Below the pieces are notes generated by a model, which was not told the DNA's origin, did no database searches, and saw nothing but the letters and a program-made list of their open reading frames with translations. Below are positions 37,464 to 50,769 of a DNA stretch of 64,000 nt, one piece after another. The DNA comes from Eledone cirrhosa (lineage: Eukaryota). The stretch is from the NCBI GenBank assembly GCA_964016885.1, contig OZ024748.1, positions 42,284,001 to 42,348,000 of the forward strand, in the 5' to 3' direction. Every line of letters starts with the position of its first letter. Within the stretch, counting starts at the first letter, position 1. The position numbers were made by a program, and so were the translations under genes.

Positions 37464-37794
37464 CTGAAAAGGAACAAAGGAAACAATAAATGCCATGATT
37501 ACAGTTTGAGGAATGTTATAAGGGTCTGTGATGTATATTGATAAGACTATTAATATCAACTTTTAAAGAGTTAAACATATTCCTGATTACATCCACACAT
37601 TTATGGCCCTGTAACTTCTGAGGGAGTTGTAGAGGACGCTGTAGTGACATATGGGGTTTCTAGGGTATTTTTATACCTGGCAGAGCCCATCTCTCCAGGT
37701 CTGAATACAATAAATTTTTCCCAGAGAAGGATAGAGTGAGAGAGAGAGGGAGAGAGTGAGGGAATGGAAGTGAGAAAGAGATATAGAGGAAGAA

Positions 37795-40700
37795 TTAACC
37801 CCAGTAGTAGACTGGTACTTTTTTAATTACCTTAAATGGATGAAAGGCAAAGTTGACCTCGGTGGGGTTTTAACTCAGAGAGCAGAGAGCTGAAACAAAA
37901 ACCTCTATCTGATGTTCTAACGACTCTACCATTCTATCTGATGTTCTAATGACTCTACCATTCTATCTGATGTTCTAACGACTCTACCATTCTATCTGAT
38001 GTTCTAATGACTCTACCATTCTATCTGATGTTCTAACGACTCTACTATTCTATCTGATGTTCTAATGACTCTACCTTTCTATCTGATGTTCTAATGACTG
38101 TACCATTCTATCTGAAGTTCTAATGACTGTACCATTCTATCTGATGTTCTAATGACTGTACCATTCTATCTGATGTTCTGACTACCATTCTATCTGATGT
38201 TCTAATGACTGTACCATTCTATCTGATGTTCTAACGAGTCTACCATTCTATCTGATGTTCTAATGAGTCTACCATTCTATCTGATGTTCTGACTACCATT
38301 CTATCTGATGTTCTAATGACTGTACCATTCTATCTGATGTTCTAATGACTGTACGATTCTATCTGATGTTCTAATGACTACCATTCTATCTGATGTTCTA
38401 ATGACTACCATTCTATCTGATGTTCTAATGACTGTACCATTCTATCTGATGTTCTGACTACCATTCTATCTGATGTTCTAACGACTCTACCATTCTATCT
38501 GATGTTCTAACGACTACCATTCTATCTGATGTTCTAACGACTCTACCATTCTATCTGATGTTCTAACGACTGTACCATTCTATCTGATGTTCTAACGAGT
38601 CTACCATTCTATCTGATGTTCTAATGAGTCTACCATTCTATCTGATGTTCTAATGACTGTACCATTCTATCTGATGTTCTAACGACTACCATTCTATCTG
38701 ATGTTCTAACGACTACCATTCTATCTGATGTTCTAACGACTCTACCATTCTATCTGATGTTCTAACGACTCTACCATTCTATCTGATGTTCTAACGACTC
38801 TACCATTCTATCTGATGTTCTAACGAGTCTACCATTCTATCTGATGTTCTAACGACTACCATTCTATCTGATGTTCTAATGACTCTACCATTCTATCTGA
38901 TGTTCTAATGACTCTACCATTCTATCTGATGTTCTAACGACCCTACCATTCTATCTGATGTTCTAATGACTGTACCATTCTATCTGATGTTCTAATGACT
39001 GTACCATTCTATCTGATGTTCTGACTACCATTCTATCTGATGTTCTAACGACTCTACCATTCTATCTGATGTTCTAACGACTACCATTCTATCTCATGTT
39101 CTAATGACTCTACTATTCTATCTGATGTTCTAACGACTCTACCATTCTATCTGATGTTCTAATGACTGTACCATTCTATCTGATGTTCTAATGACTGTAC
39201 CATTCTATCTGATGTTCTGACTACCATTCTATCTGATGTTCTAACGACTCTACCATTCTATCTGATGTTCTAATGACTGTACCATTCTATCTGATGTTCT
39301 AACGAGTCTACCATTCTATCTGATGTTCTAATGAGTCTACCATTCTATCTGATGTTCTGACTACCATTCTATCTGATGTTCTAATGACTGTACCATTCTA
39401 TCTGATGTTCTAATGACTGTACCATTCTATCTGATGTTCTAACGACTACCATTCTATCTGATGTTCTAATGACTACCATTCTATCTGATGTTCTAATGAC
39501 TGTACCATTCTATCTGATGTTCTAACGACTCTACCATTCTATCTGATGTTCTAACGACTACCATTCTATCTGATGTTCTAACGACTCTACCATTCTATCT
39601 GATGTTCTAACGACTGTACCATTCTATCTGATGTTCTAACGAGTCTACCATTCTATCTGATGTTCTAATGAGTCTACCATTCTATCTGATGTTCTAATGA
39701 CTGTACCATTCTATCTGATGTTCTAATGACTGTACCATTCTATCTGATGTTCTAACGACTACCATTCTATCTGATGTTCTAACGACTACCATTCTATCTG
39801 ATGTTCTAACGACTCTACCATTCTATCTGATGTTCTAACGACTCTACCATTCTATCTGATGTTCTAACGAGTCTACCATTCTATCTGATGTTCTAATGAG
39901 TCTACCATTCTATCTGATGTTCTGACTACCATTCTATCTGATGTTCTAATGACTGTACCATTCTATCTGATGTTCTAATGACTCTACCATTCTATCTGAT
40001 GTTCTAACGACCCTACCATTCTATCTGATGTTCTAACGACTCTACCATTCTATCTGATGTTCTAATGACTGTACCATTCTATCTGATGTTCTGACTACCA
40101 TTCTATCTGATGTTCTAACGACTCTACCATTCTATCTGATGTTCTAACGACTACCATTCTATCTGATGTTCTAACGACTCTACCATTCTATCTGATGTTC
40201 TAACGACTGTACCATTCTATCTGATGTTCTAACGAGTCTACCATTCTATCTGATGTTCTAATGAGTCTACCATTCTATCTGATGTTCTGACTACCATTCT
40301 ATCTGATGTTCTAATGACTGTACCATTCTATCTGATGTTCTAACGACTGTACCATTCTATCTGATGTTCTAACGAGTCTACCATTCTATCTGATGTTCTA
40401 ATGAGTCTACCATTCTATCTGATGTTCTAATGACTGTACCATTCTATCTGATGTTCTAATGACTGTACCATTCTATCTGATGTTCTAACGACTACCATTC
40501 TATCTGATGTTCTAACGACTACCATTCTATCTGATGTTCTAACGACTCTACCATTCTATCTGATGTTCTAACGACTCTACCATTCTATCTGATGTTCTAA
40601 CGACTCTACCATTCTATCTGATGTTCTAACGAGTCTACCATTCTATCTGATGTTCTAATGAGTCTACCATTCTATCTGATGTTCTGACTACCATTCTATC

Positions 40701-42827
40701 TGATGTTCTAATGACTGTACCATTCTATCTGATGTTCTAATGACTCTACCATTCTATCTGATGTTCTAATGACTCTACCATTCTATCTGATGTTCTAACG
40801 ACTACCATTCTATCTGATGTTCTAACGACTCTACCATTCTATCTGATGTTCTAACGACTCTACCATTCTATCTGATGTTCTAATGAGTCTACCGTTCTAT
40901 CTGATGTTCTGACTACCATTCTATCTGATGTTCTAATGACTGTACCATTCTATCTGATGTTCTAATGACTCTACCATTCTATCTGATGTTCTAATGACTG
41001 TACCATTCTATCTGATGTTCTAACGACCCTACCATTCTATCTGATGTTCTAATGACTGTACCATTCTATCTGATGTTCTAATGACTGTACCATTCTATCT
41101 GATGTTCTGACTACCATTCTATCTGATGTTCTAACGACTCTACCATTCTATCTGTTGTTCTAACGACTACCATTCTATCTGATGTTCTAATAACGAGTCT
41201 ACCATTCTATCTGATGTTCTAATGGGTCTACCATTCTATCTGATGTTCTGACTACCATTCTATCTGATGTTCTAATGACTGTACCATTCTATCTGATGTT
41301 CTAATGACTGTACCATTCTATCTGATGTTCTAACGACTACCATTCTATCTGATGTTCTAATGACTACCATTCTATCTGATGTTCTAATGACTGTACCATT
41401 CTATCTGATGTTCTGACTACCATTCTATCTGATGTTCTAACGACTCTACCATTCTATCTGATGTTCTAATGACTGTACCATTCTATCTGATGTTCTGACT
41501 ACCATTCTATCTGATGTTCTAACGACTCTACCATTCTATCTGATGTTCTAACGACTACCATTCTATCTGATGTTCTAACGACTCTACCATTCTATCTGAT
41601 GTTCTAACGACTGTACCATTCTATCTGATGTTCTAACGAGTCTACCATTCTATCTGATGTTCTAATGAGTCTACCATTCTATCTGATGTTCTAATGACTG
41701 TACCATTCTATCTGATGTTCTAATGACTGTACCATTCTATCTGATGTTCTAACGACTACCATTCTATCTGATGTTCTAACGACTACCATTCTATCTGATG
41801 TTCTAACGACTCTACCATTCTATCTGATGTTCTAACGACTCTACCATTCTATCTGATGTTCTAACGACTCTACCATTCTATCTGATGTTCTAACGAGTCT
41901 ACCATTGTATCTGATGTTCTAATGAGTCTACCATTCTATCTGATGTTCTGACTACCATTCTATCTGATGTTCTAATGACTGTACCATTCTATCTGATGTT
42001 CTAATGACTCTACCATTCTATCTGATGTTCTAATGACTCTACCATTCTATCTGATGTTCTAACGACCCTACCATTCTATCTGATGTTCTAACGACTCTAC
42101 CATTCTATCTGATGTTCTAATGACTGTACCATTCTATCTGATGTTCTGACTACCATTCTATCTGATGTTCTAACGACTACCATTCTATCTGATGTTCTAA
42201 CGACTCTACCATTCTATCTGATGTTCTAACGAGTCTACCATTCTATCTGATGTTCTAATGACTGTACCATTCTATCTGATGTTCTGACTACCATTCTATC
42301 TGATGTTCTAATGACTGTACCATTCTATCTGATGTTCTAATGACTCTACCATTCTATCTGATGTTCTAACGACTCTACCATTCTATCTGATGTTCTAATG
42401 ACTCTACCATTCTATCTGATGTTCTAAGGACTGTACCATTCTATCTGATGTTCTAATGACTCTACCATTCTATCTGATGTTCTAAGGACTGTACCATTCT
42501 ATCTGATGTTCTAATGACTGTACCATTCTATCTGATGTTCTAATGACTCTACCATTCTATCTGATGTTCTAACGACTCTACCATTCTATCTGATGTTCTA
42601 ATGACTCTACCATTCTATCTGATGTTCTAAGGACTGTACCATTCTATCTGATGTTCTAATGACTCTACCATTCTATCTGATGTTCTAAGGACTGTACCAT
42701 TCTATCTGATGTTCTAATGACTGTACCATTCTATCTGCTGTTCTAACGACTGTACCATTCTATCTGATGTTCTAACGACTGTATCATTCTATCTGATGTT
42801 CTAACGACTCTACCAATTAGCTGCCTC
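37795..42827 (-). mobile_element. SINE whose tRNA-like head is stretched by a 4.9-kb internal array
   Basis: SINE core and B-box at 37795-37900; SINE 5' end (aggcagctaattggtagagtcgttagaac on the minus strand) at ~42800-42827. Confidence 0.7.
37905..42815. repeat. 29-bp satellite (~175 units; 24/27/29-bp variants)
   Basis: Unit CTATCTGATGTTCTAACGACTCTACCATT. Confidence 0.97.
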
Positions 42828-42863
42828 TCTTGATAGTGAAGTATATATTTCTACATCATTTAA

Positions 42864-43042
42864 CATCATCATCATCATCATTTTATGTCTGCTTTTCCCT
42901 GCTTGCAAGGGTGGGACAGGTTCTATTCAGCACAGCATCTACCCACTTGTCACGGTCCTTCATCATCTCCACCGTGAACTTCAACGATCTGAGGTCTGCT
43001 CTCACCACCTCCACCCATGTTTTTCGTGGTCGACCTCTACCT
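42864..43042 (-). mobile_element. RTE LINE 3' fragment, followed by a + strand SINE piece at ~43078-43150
   Basis: Reverse complement encodes GRGRPRKTWVEVVRADLR; (CAT)n tail. Confidence 0.7.
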
Positions 43043-43177
43043 TAACAATATGTTTTAATATCTATTTCTGACCCCTTTCATTCTGAGTTCAAATCCTGTC
43101 AAGGTCAACTTTGCCTTTCATCATTCTGGGGTGAATAAAATAAAGTACCAATCTGAAAAATTAATAAACAGGGAGTT

Positions 43178-43613
43178 GGGGTCTATTATTCGAGACCTGG
43201 GGGGAGGGTCCATTATTCAAGACCTAGTGGGAGGGTCCATTATTTGAGACCTGCGGGGAAGGGTCCATTATTCAAGACCTGGGGGGAGGGCTCCATTATT
43301 CGAGACGTGGGGTGAAGGGTCCATTATTCGAAACCTGGGGGGAAGGGTCCATTATTCGAGACGTGGGGTGAAGGGTCCATTATTCGAGACCTGGGGGAGG
43401 GTCTATTATTCAAGACCTGGGGGGGGAGGGTCCATTATTCAAGACCTTGGGGGAAGGGTCCATTATTTGAAACCTGGGGGGAAGGGTCCATTATTCAAGA
43501 CCTGGGGGGAGGGTCCATTATTTGAGACCTGGGGGAGGGGTCAATTATTCGAGACATGGGGGAAGGGTCCATTATTTGAGATCTGGGGGGAAGTTATCAT
43601 TATTCAAGACCTG
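43178..43613. repeat. 27-28 bp G-rich minisatellite (~15 units)
   Basis: Unit GGGTCCATTATTCGAGACCTGGGGGGA. Confidence 0.9.
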
Positions 43614-43648
43614 AGTCTAAGAAACAATAGGTAAATATAGTATCTTAC

Positions 43649-43746
43649 TTCCCAGAAAATCTCGTCTGCAAATATTTCATTCTTTGCAATATCAACTCTG
43701 TTCCATTCCAATGTCAGTCGCAGATTTTGTAACTTGTAATCATTTG
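43649..43746 (-). CDS. TRPM: TRPM exon 5: (A)NDYKLQNLRLTLEWNRVDIAKNEIFADEIFWE
   Basis: tattacag|CA...GAA|gtaaga; 98 nt, phase 1-0; hallmark LxLxLxWNRVDIAxxxIF motif. Confidence 0.96.
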
Positions 43747-43983
43747 CTGTAATACAGATGTATATATAAGAGATGTCAACATGAATGGACCTGTTATTTT
43801 TATCTAAAGACATTTTTTCCAATTCCAACCCGTCCGTTCCCTCAATCTATCTTATTTCTCATTCTTTCCTCTGAAGGACTAGCGTCTGAAACGTTAAGAC
43901 CCTCTTCCTGCTATATCAAGCGTTAACCTAATATATCCCTTCCATATACTGTACCGATTGTGTTGTTATTTCTGTTTAACTTT

Positions 43984-44022
<39 letters not shown>

Positions 44023-44027
44023 CATCT

Positions 44028-44065
<38 letters not shown>

Positions 44066-44644
44066 AGATGCCTTATATGTATATATATATATATTTAGCT
44101 CTAGACCTTAGCTATTGACCAGTTAATTTTATTGATGATTTTTTTGTTGATCTTATTGACTGATGAATAGTTCTTGTTTATTTTAACACGTCTGTTGAGC
44201 ACTCTGATTCGATATGTGATAATTTGTATTCTTACATAATTTACACATCACCGAATTCTTTCGCTAATATAGAGGTTCTCTTCCTTGCTGATTACCATGT
44301 GCGTTTTTGGCTATAGGTCCTCTCTGTATTATTGGACGAAAACTCGTTGATAAAGCTGTTCCGCGTTCACCCCTTCTCTAGAAGTCTTATATATTTTTTA
44401 TGTGGGCTGATAGTGATTGGATTAAGGAATTGCAGAAACCCAAGAAGCTAGATTTAACATCTTTCTAGCGGGTCCGGGTGAGTTTTTTTACATTCATTTA
44501 ATTTATTAATTTATTGATATTTTATTTGAGTGACCCGAATCTTCCTGGTCGTTCTTTTTCGGCTGCACGGGTGATTTTAGGCATAATCTCTATGTGTTGG
44601 TATTTTAACGATAGTTATAGCTCTGATTTACCCAAATTATTGAG

Positions 44645-45440
44645 CCCTCTGCCACACATTGTCTAGCAATCCTGAACACCTCACGTTTTTGGATGTCGCG
44701 TTGTAGAACATGCTTGAACTTTCTCTCCTCTGCTTCCCTTCTTGCAAGGTACACTTGTCTCCTAGCTTCCCTCCTGGCCACTTGATAGTATGCTCTACTT
44801 CCCCCATCCCGCCATACTTTCCAAGCTTGCTTTTTGGCCTTGATTGACTCCTCCACCTTACTGTTCCTCTACCATGTTACTCTCCTCCTGCCTATAGGTC
44901 TGCTCCAGTCACAGATTTCATCTGTCGCCTTCAGCAATTCCCACTGTTCCTCTATACTGTACGTCTCTAATTGCTCTTCCTTACTGTAAAAAACATCAAG
45001 TAATATGCTTTTAAATTTGTTACTGGCTGTGGGATCCTTTAACTTCCATATTCTTCTTCTCAGGGTAGTCCTCCTCTGTTGTCGATTACGTCTCGTCCTG
45101 ACTATGAGGTCACTAACTATGAGGCTATGCTGGGAGGTGCATTCTTCGCGAGGGAGGGATTTAGTGTTTACAACAGACACTTTGTCATGTCTTCTGGTAA
45201 GGATACAATCTATCTGACTGGCGTGTTACCCTGATCTATAGGTGATCAAATGATTGTCTCGTTTTTTGAAGTTTGTGTTACAGATAGTTAGGTTATTAGC
45301 GTCACAGAATTCCAGGATTCTGAAGCCTTCCTCATTTCTGGTACCAAACCCATAGCCTCATGGATTCCGTCATAGCCATCACAATATTGTCCAACATGAC
45401 CATTTAGGTCGGCAGCAATAATTTTGTAGTCACTATCGGT
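44645..45440 (-). mobile_element. RTE LINE AP-endonuclease/linker fragment
   Basis: IIAADLNGHVG, TNFKKRDNHLITYRSG, QIDCIL, ECTSQHSLIVSD, RRIWKLKD and VFRIARQ motifs. Confidence 0.85.
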
Positions 45441-45963
45441 TAATTGGGAGGTAGATAATGCAGCTGAGAGTATAAATACATTCCTTGAAAGGAAATATAT
45501 AAATTTCAAAAAAAGGAACATAAATGTTCTTTTTTATGAATAAGGTCCAGTTGAATTTGTTATATTCCCACCACGTGATACCAGCTATTTTGAACATTTA
45601 TACAACAGCAACTCTGTCCATCCCAAGAGTGCTCTTATCTGGAAGAAAGTGGCAATTATATAATTTCAAAGCTTTTCAATTTTCCCTTTAATGAAACAGA
45701 CAGAATATATGTTGATATCTAACTTGATGTCCCCTCTGCTTTGTGAGCTTAGAGACCACGGAAGAGGGTTTTCATGACCATGCGGGAGGGTATATTTATT
45801 AGTAAATGGTAAAATATATACAACACATGAGTAATTGAATTGTAGTAGATGGTTTCCAGTCCAGTCAGACTGCAACTACAAATAAAAAAATTGTTAGTTT
45901 GCTTTGTAACAATAGCATATCCAAGTTTTCGGATAAATCAACTTACTTTAACTTTGACTCATT

Positions 45964-47030
45964 TCAATGGGACCCTTGAGCTTCATGGAGTCTAGCTACC
46001 TCTTTGTTGTGAGGCTGAATTTTCCTAAGATGTAGCCAGAGATCTCTACGTGTAATTACATTGTAGCGGTTGCGAGCCTTACTATGCAGTCTGGAAACAA
46101 CGCCAAACCCCCTCTCGACTAAGTATGAGCTTGGAAAAGGCAGAGCAAATCTCTTAGCCTCTGCATGTAGGTGTGGAAATCAATGCTGAATTTCCTCTTG
46201 CATCCTAAAAAGGGGTTCACCTATTTTGGGAAATCTAATTTTGATCATGTCATCTGCTTAAAGTTCAATGAATTCTTCCTGAAATTTAATGTTGAAATCA
46301 TCGACGTTAGCTATGAAGTGATCTGCTATCCACATTGGGATGTCCATCGGCAAAAGGTCGACAAACCATTCTCTCATGTTGTCTTGTAGTGCACAGAGGT
46401 GAGTGGTATAAATTTGGAGTTGGTCATCGCTTACAATGTTTTGAACATTGGCGACACTAGGAAAATTATAGAATTCCCGTCAACAAAGATTCCTTTCGAT
46501 GACATTCAATTTGGCCAGGAATATTTTCACAGCATTCCTTGCTTTAAGCAAGGTTATCTTCTTTCCCTGCAAAGCCAAAATGACGCTATTGCATTTGTTG
46601 AAGATGTTGGTGAGGTAGGCGCAATCTTGCCTCACATCGAGGGTTTTCTTGTACAGTTCTGTGTTGTGTCCTCACAGAAACTCAATGATAGAGTCGAAGA
46701 GTTCAAAGAAGTGAGTAAAGCACTTGCCCTTTGAAAGCCACCTCATTTCATTATGAAGGAGCAGCTTGACGAATTCGTCGTCATTATCTTGGCACAGTTG
46801 CCGGAAAATTTGTTCATTGAGGGAATGCCGTTTGATAAAATTGATGACATTAATGGCCACCTGCAAGGACTTGCTCATAGGCTTGCTGAGTTTCTTCGCA
46901 GTCAAGTGTTGTCAATGAATGACACAATGAACAGCAAATACAGATAGATTTTCTCTCTTCAGAAGATTGACGAAGCCCTTATGTTGGCCGACCATTGCTC
47001 TTGCGTCGTCCGTAGCACATGATACAATGT
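45964..47030 (-). pseudogene. hAT Buster/Charlie (ZBED5/SCAND3-like) transposase relic, C-terminal half
   Basis: CATDDARAMVG, HCVIH-like motif, VINFIK..LN..IFRQLC, LLLHNEMRWLSKG, PFPSSYLVERGF...AQGSH*; multiple stops and frameshifts. Confidence 0.88.
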
Positions 47031-47352
47031 GTGTTGTATGTGGTCCTAGATGTATGTATTACCTGCCTGTGTGTTGTATGTAGTCCTAGATGTATGTATT
47101 ACCTGCTTATGTATTGCATGTGGTCCCAGCTGTATGTATTACCTGCTTGTGTGTTGTATGTGGTCCTAGATGTATGTATTACCTGATTATGTGTTGTATG
47201 TGGTCCTAGATGTTTGTATTACCTGCTTATGTGTTGTATGTGGTCCTAGATGTGCGTATTACCTGCTTATGTGTTGTATGTGGTCCTAGATGTGTGTATT
47301 ATCTGATTATGTTTGTATGTGGTCCTAGATGTGTGTGCTACCCGCTTCTGTG
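47030..47352. repeat. 40-bp tandem repeat (~8 units), unrelated to the 21.6-kb array
   Basis: Unit TGGTCCTAGATGTATGTATTACCTGCTTATGTGTTGTATG. Confidence 0.9.
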
Positions 47353-47699
47353 TTTTTTTAATTTTTTATTTGTAATATTATTTATATAATAGGGAATAAA
47401 ATAGATCTACATAGTGTTAACTTGTTACGGTTGAGTCAATAATTTCAGACATGAAATACATTGTTATCGGTGAAGGAAAGATAAGATTCTAACTGGCTGC
47501 GCTCAAAGTGTCCTTAACTCAGTTGACTGTGGGTGTTTGCATTTTTAGGATCTCAATTACCGGTTAATGTCTCAATTACCGGACTCACCTGCTCACAGCT
47601 GCAGTCAGACTATAGTTATGCTGTCTGCAAGCTTATTCAAATGCATTCACACTGGCTGTTTCAAAGACATACAAATATGGCTTATAAAACTTACCAAAG

Positions 47700-47832
47700 T
47701 AAAGAGCCCCCCCCCCCCCCCCCCCCCGTCTCAAGCTTCAAACGTCCCCTATCGCGACCTTGCTCCCAAACGCCCCTCTGGAGTTCCGAAACGCCCCCGG
47801 GGGTGCATATGCCCCCTCGTTGAGAACCTTTG
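47700..47832 (-). mobile_element. hAT Charlie/Buster-type terminus
   Basis: Minus strand CAAAGGTTCTCAACGAGGGGGCATATGCACCCCCGGGGG; the adjacent 8-mer GTGTAGAG has the central TA typical of Buster targets. Confidence 0.7.
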
Positions 47833-47893
47833 GTGTAGAGTATATATAATGTATATATAGTGTATATGTAGTGTATATATAGTGTATATATGT

Positions 47894-49972
47894 GTAAGTG
47901 CTGAGAAGAAAGATGCATGGAAGAGTCATTATGATAGATTACTAAATGAGGAGAATGCATGGGAAGAAGAGACCCTACCCCAAGTAGACCCTATAGAGGG
48001 GCCAGCAGTACAAATCAGCAGCAACGTAGTAAGTAAGGCAATAAAAGATATGAAGATGGGGAAGGCAACCGGTCCATCGGGTATAGCTGCTGAGATGCTG
48101 AAGGCATCTGGGACTGTAGGTCACACTATAACCACACGTATTGTTAACCAGGTAATACTAGAAGGTGTCATACCAAAAGATTGGTGCAGTAGCATCATTG
48201 TCAACTGCTACAAAGGTAAAGGTGATGCACTAGATAGAGGAAACTATAGAGGTATAAAGCTGATGGACAAGGTCATGAAAGTAACAGAAAGAGTTATAGC
48301 ACAGTTGATTAGGGACCGGGTGAAACTAGATGAGATGCAATTTGGGTTTGTACCAGGAAGAGGCACCACTGATGCCCTCTTCTTTGTGAGGCAGTTACAG
48401 GAAAAGTACCTAGCTAAAAGTAACCCACTCTACTTGGCATTTGTCGACCTTGAGAAAGCCTTTGACAGAGTTCCACGTGCTGTAATCTGGTGGGCTCTTA
48501 GAAAACTAGGAGTAGATGAATGGCTTGTGAAAGCGGTACAAGCCATGTATAGGGGAGCAGTCAGCAAAGTTAGGATTAGCAATGAGTATAGCGAGGAATT
48601 TAGCGTACAGGTTGGGGTCCACCAGGGCTCTGTTCTTAGCCCCCTTCTGTTCATCATAGTCCTGCAGGCAATAACGGAGGAGTTTAAGACCGGATGCCCA
48701 TGGGAACGCCTGTATGCTGATGACCTCGCACTCATAGCTGAATCTATGGTAGAACTAGAGAATAAATTCCAAACTTGGAAGCAAGGACTAGAAAGAAAGG
48801 GTCTCAAAGTCAACATGACAAAGACTAAGGTCCTTGTATGTAGATGAGAAAACAGAACCCAGATCCCCTCAGGGAAATGGCCTTGCTCAGTATGTAGGAA
48901 AGGTGTAGGTAGGAACTCCATTCTCTGCCCCAAATGCAAACAATGGGTACACAAGAGATGTAGCGGGATCTCAGGAAGCTTAATTAAGAATGTAGGATTC
49001 ACATGCAGCAGCTGTGCTGGGACAGCAAGCAGCAAACAGCCACAGGAAACAAGTACCACCAATCTCTGGGAGGGCTCCGTAGAAACAGTAGACAGCTTCT
49101 GCTACCTAGGTGACCGAATTAGCAGCGGAGGTGGGTGTTCAGAAAGTACAATAACTAGGGTAAGAACAGGATGGAAGAAGTTTAGGGAACTACTACCACT
49201 GCTAGCTGCAAAAGGCTTCTCCCTCAGAATGAAAGGCAGACTGTATGATGCGTGTATCCGAACAGCAATGTTGCATGGTAGTGAGACCTGGGCGCTGAAG
49301 ATGGAAGACTTACATAGATTAGAGAGAAACGAAGCCTGCATGCTCCGATGGATGTATAACAGTAATATACGTGAACGACAAAACATAAATGAATTGAGAG
49401 AGAGACTGAGCATAAGAGGAATCAAATGCTGTGTGCAGGAGAGGCAGTTGCACTGGTATGGACATGTGATACGTATGAAGGATGACAGCTGCATAAAAAG
49501 GTGCAGAGCACTAGAAGTTGATGGAAACCGCGGAGTGGGAAGACCCAAGATGACCTGGGATGAGGTGATAAAAGCCGACCTTACCCAATTACACCTCTCA
49601 AAGGCAATGACACATGACCGTGACCTCTGGCGTCACGCAGTAATACAGAGTACCCGACCTCCCATGGGTACAAGCTGAAGCATATAGACAATATGCCCCC
49701 ACACCCTCCCACCGCAAGGTGGTCGTGGAGGTGCCATGGAAAAAAAGCACCCAGCCCACACTGTAAAGTGGATGTGTAGGCGCCACGAAAAAGCACCTAG
49801 CACTCACAGTAAATGAGGTTGGTGTTAGGAAGAGCATCCAGCTGTAGAAATCAAGCCAAATCAGTTCCTGTATGAGCAAGGCATGGTCAGATGACCAGAC
49901 ACTGCCCACAACAGGACAACCCGTCTAACCCATGCTAGCGTGGAAGAACGGACGTAAAACGGTGATGATGAT
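47894..49972 (+). mobile_element. 5'-truncated RTE LINE, best-preserved copy in the window
   Basis: 321-aa RT ORF (47882-48847) with all motifs, continuing after a stop; distinct 3'UTR subfamily; (GAT)n tail. Confidence 0.94.
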
Positions 49973-50116
49973 ATAGTGTAGTGTATATATAAAATGTAGT
50001 GACTTTGTCATGAGGAAATCAATGGAAATTCATGCTCAGACTCAAAACTTTGGTATCCAATGGACTGATTCTAAGAATCTGACATATTTGGATTCCATCA
50101 ACGATTTATAACTTAA

Positions 50117-50334
50117 CCCTTTAGCATTTAAACCGGCCATATCCGGTCAGAATTCTCTCACTTCTTTCATTTCAAACTTGCTTTAACCGGCCACTCATAC
50201 AGATATTAAGGTATAGTTCTCAAAATAAATAATATTAAAACCCCTAGATTCGATATTATGTGAGATACTATGTGAGATAAAGCTTTTACTGTGAAAATAC
50301 AATAGTATATATTGAGTAATGTAAATGCTAAAGG
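50117..50334 (-). mobile_element. TTAA MITE copy with a single unamplified 72-bp unit
   Basis: ttaa|CCCTTTAGCATTTAAACCGGCC...one unit...GTAAATGCTAAAGG. Confidence 0.8.
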
Positions 50335-50535
50335 TTCATATATAAAATTAACATGGAAGATCTTTTTGTTTAGATAAATATAAATATTTAAAAATACAGT
50401 TGTTTTATTTTAGAACTAGGAACTGGTTTCAGGCAGTTTGAAGTGAAAAGGGTTAAATTTTTTCTTTTTAACATCCCACGTAATATTTTAGCAAAATATA
50501 AAGAAATGAATTTATATGTTTAAAATATTTCTAAC

Positions 50536-50732
50536 CTTTGAGTAGCGCCTTCAAAATTGCCATGTCAATATCTTGAACTGAATTCTTGGAATCCATTTCA
50601 AATATGGTCACTAAATTCGGATGATCTAGTGAACCACATACATACTTGAGAAATTCTGTTACATTGGAATTGTTTCCAAATTCTTGAATAATTTTTTCTC
50701 TGATATCATTTTTCAATGGCTCTGGTATTGCT
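50536..50732 (-). CDS. TRPM: TRPM exon 4: (G)AIPEPLKNDIREKIIQEFGNNSNVTEFLKYVCGSLDHPNLVTIFEMDSKNSVQDIDMAILKALLK
   Basis: ctttctag|A...G|gttaga; 197 nt, phase 2-1; LxTIF...DIDxAILxALLK motif. Confidence 0.95.
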
Positions 50733-50769
50733 CTAGAAAGTTCAGTTATTTAAATTAATATTGTAGAAA

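Noticed and set aside
44150-44600. Possible decayed Penelope RT fragment (RPII-like motif on the minus strand)
   Set aside because: Too degenerate to support without a profile search.
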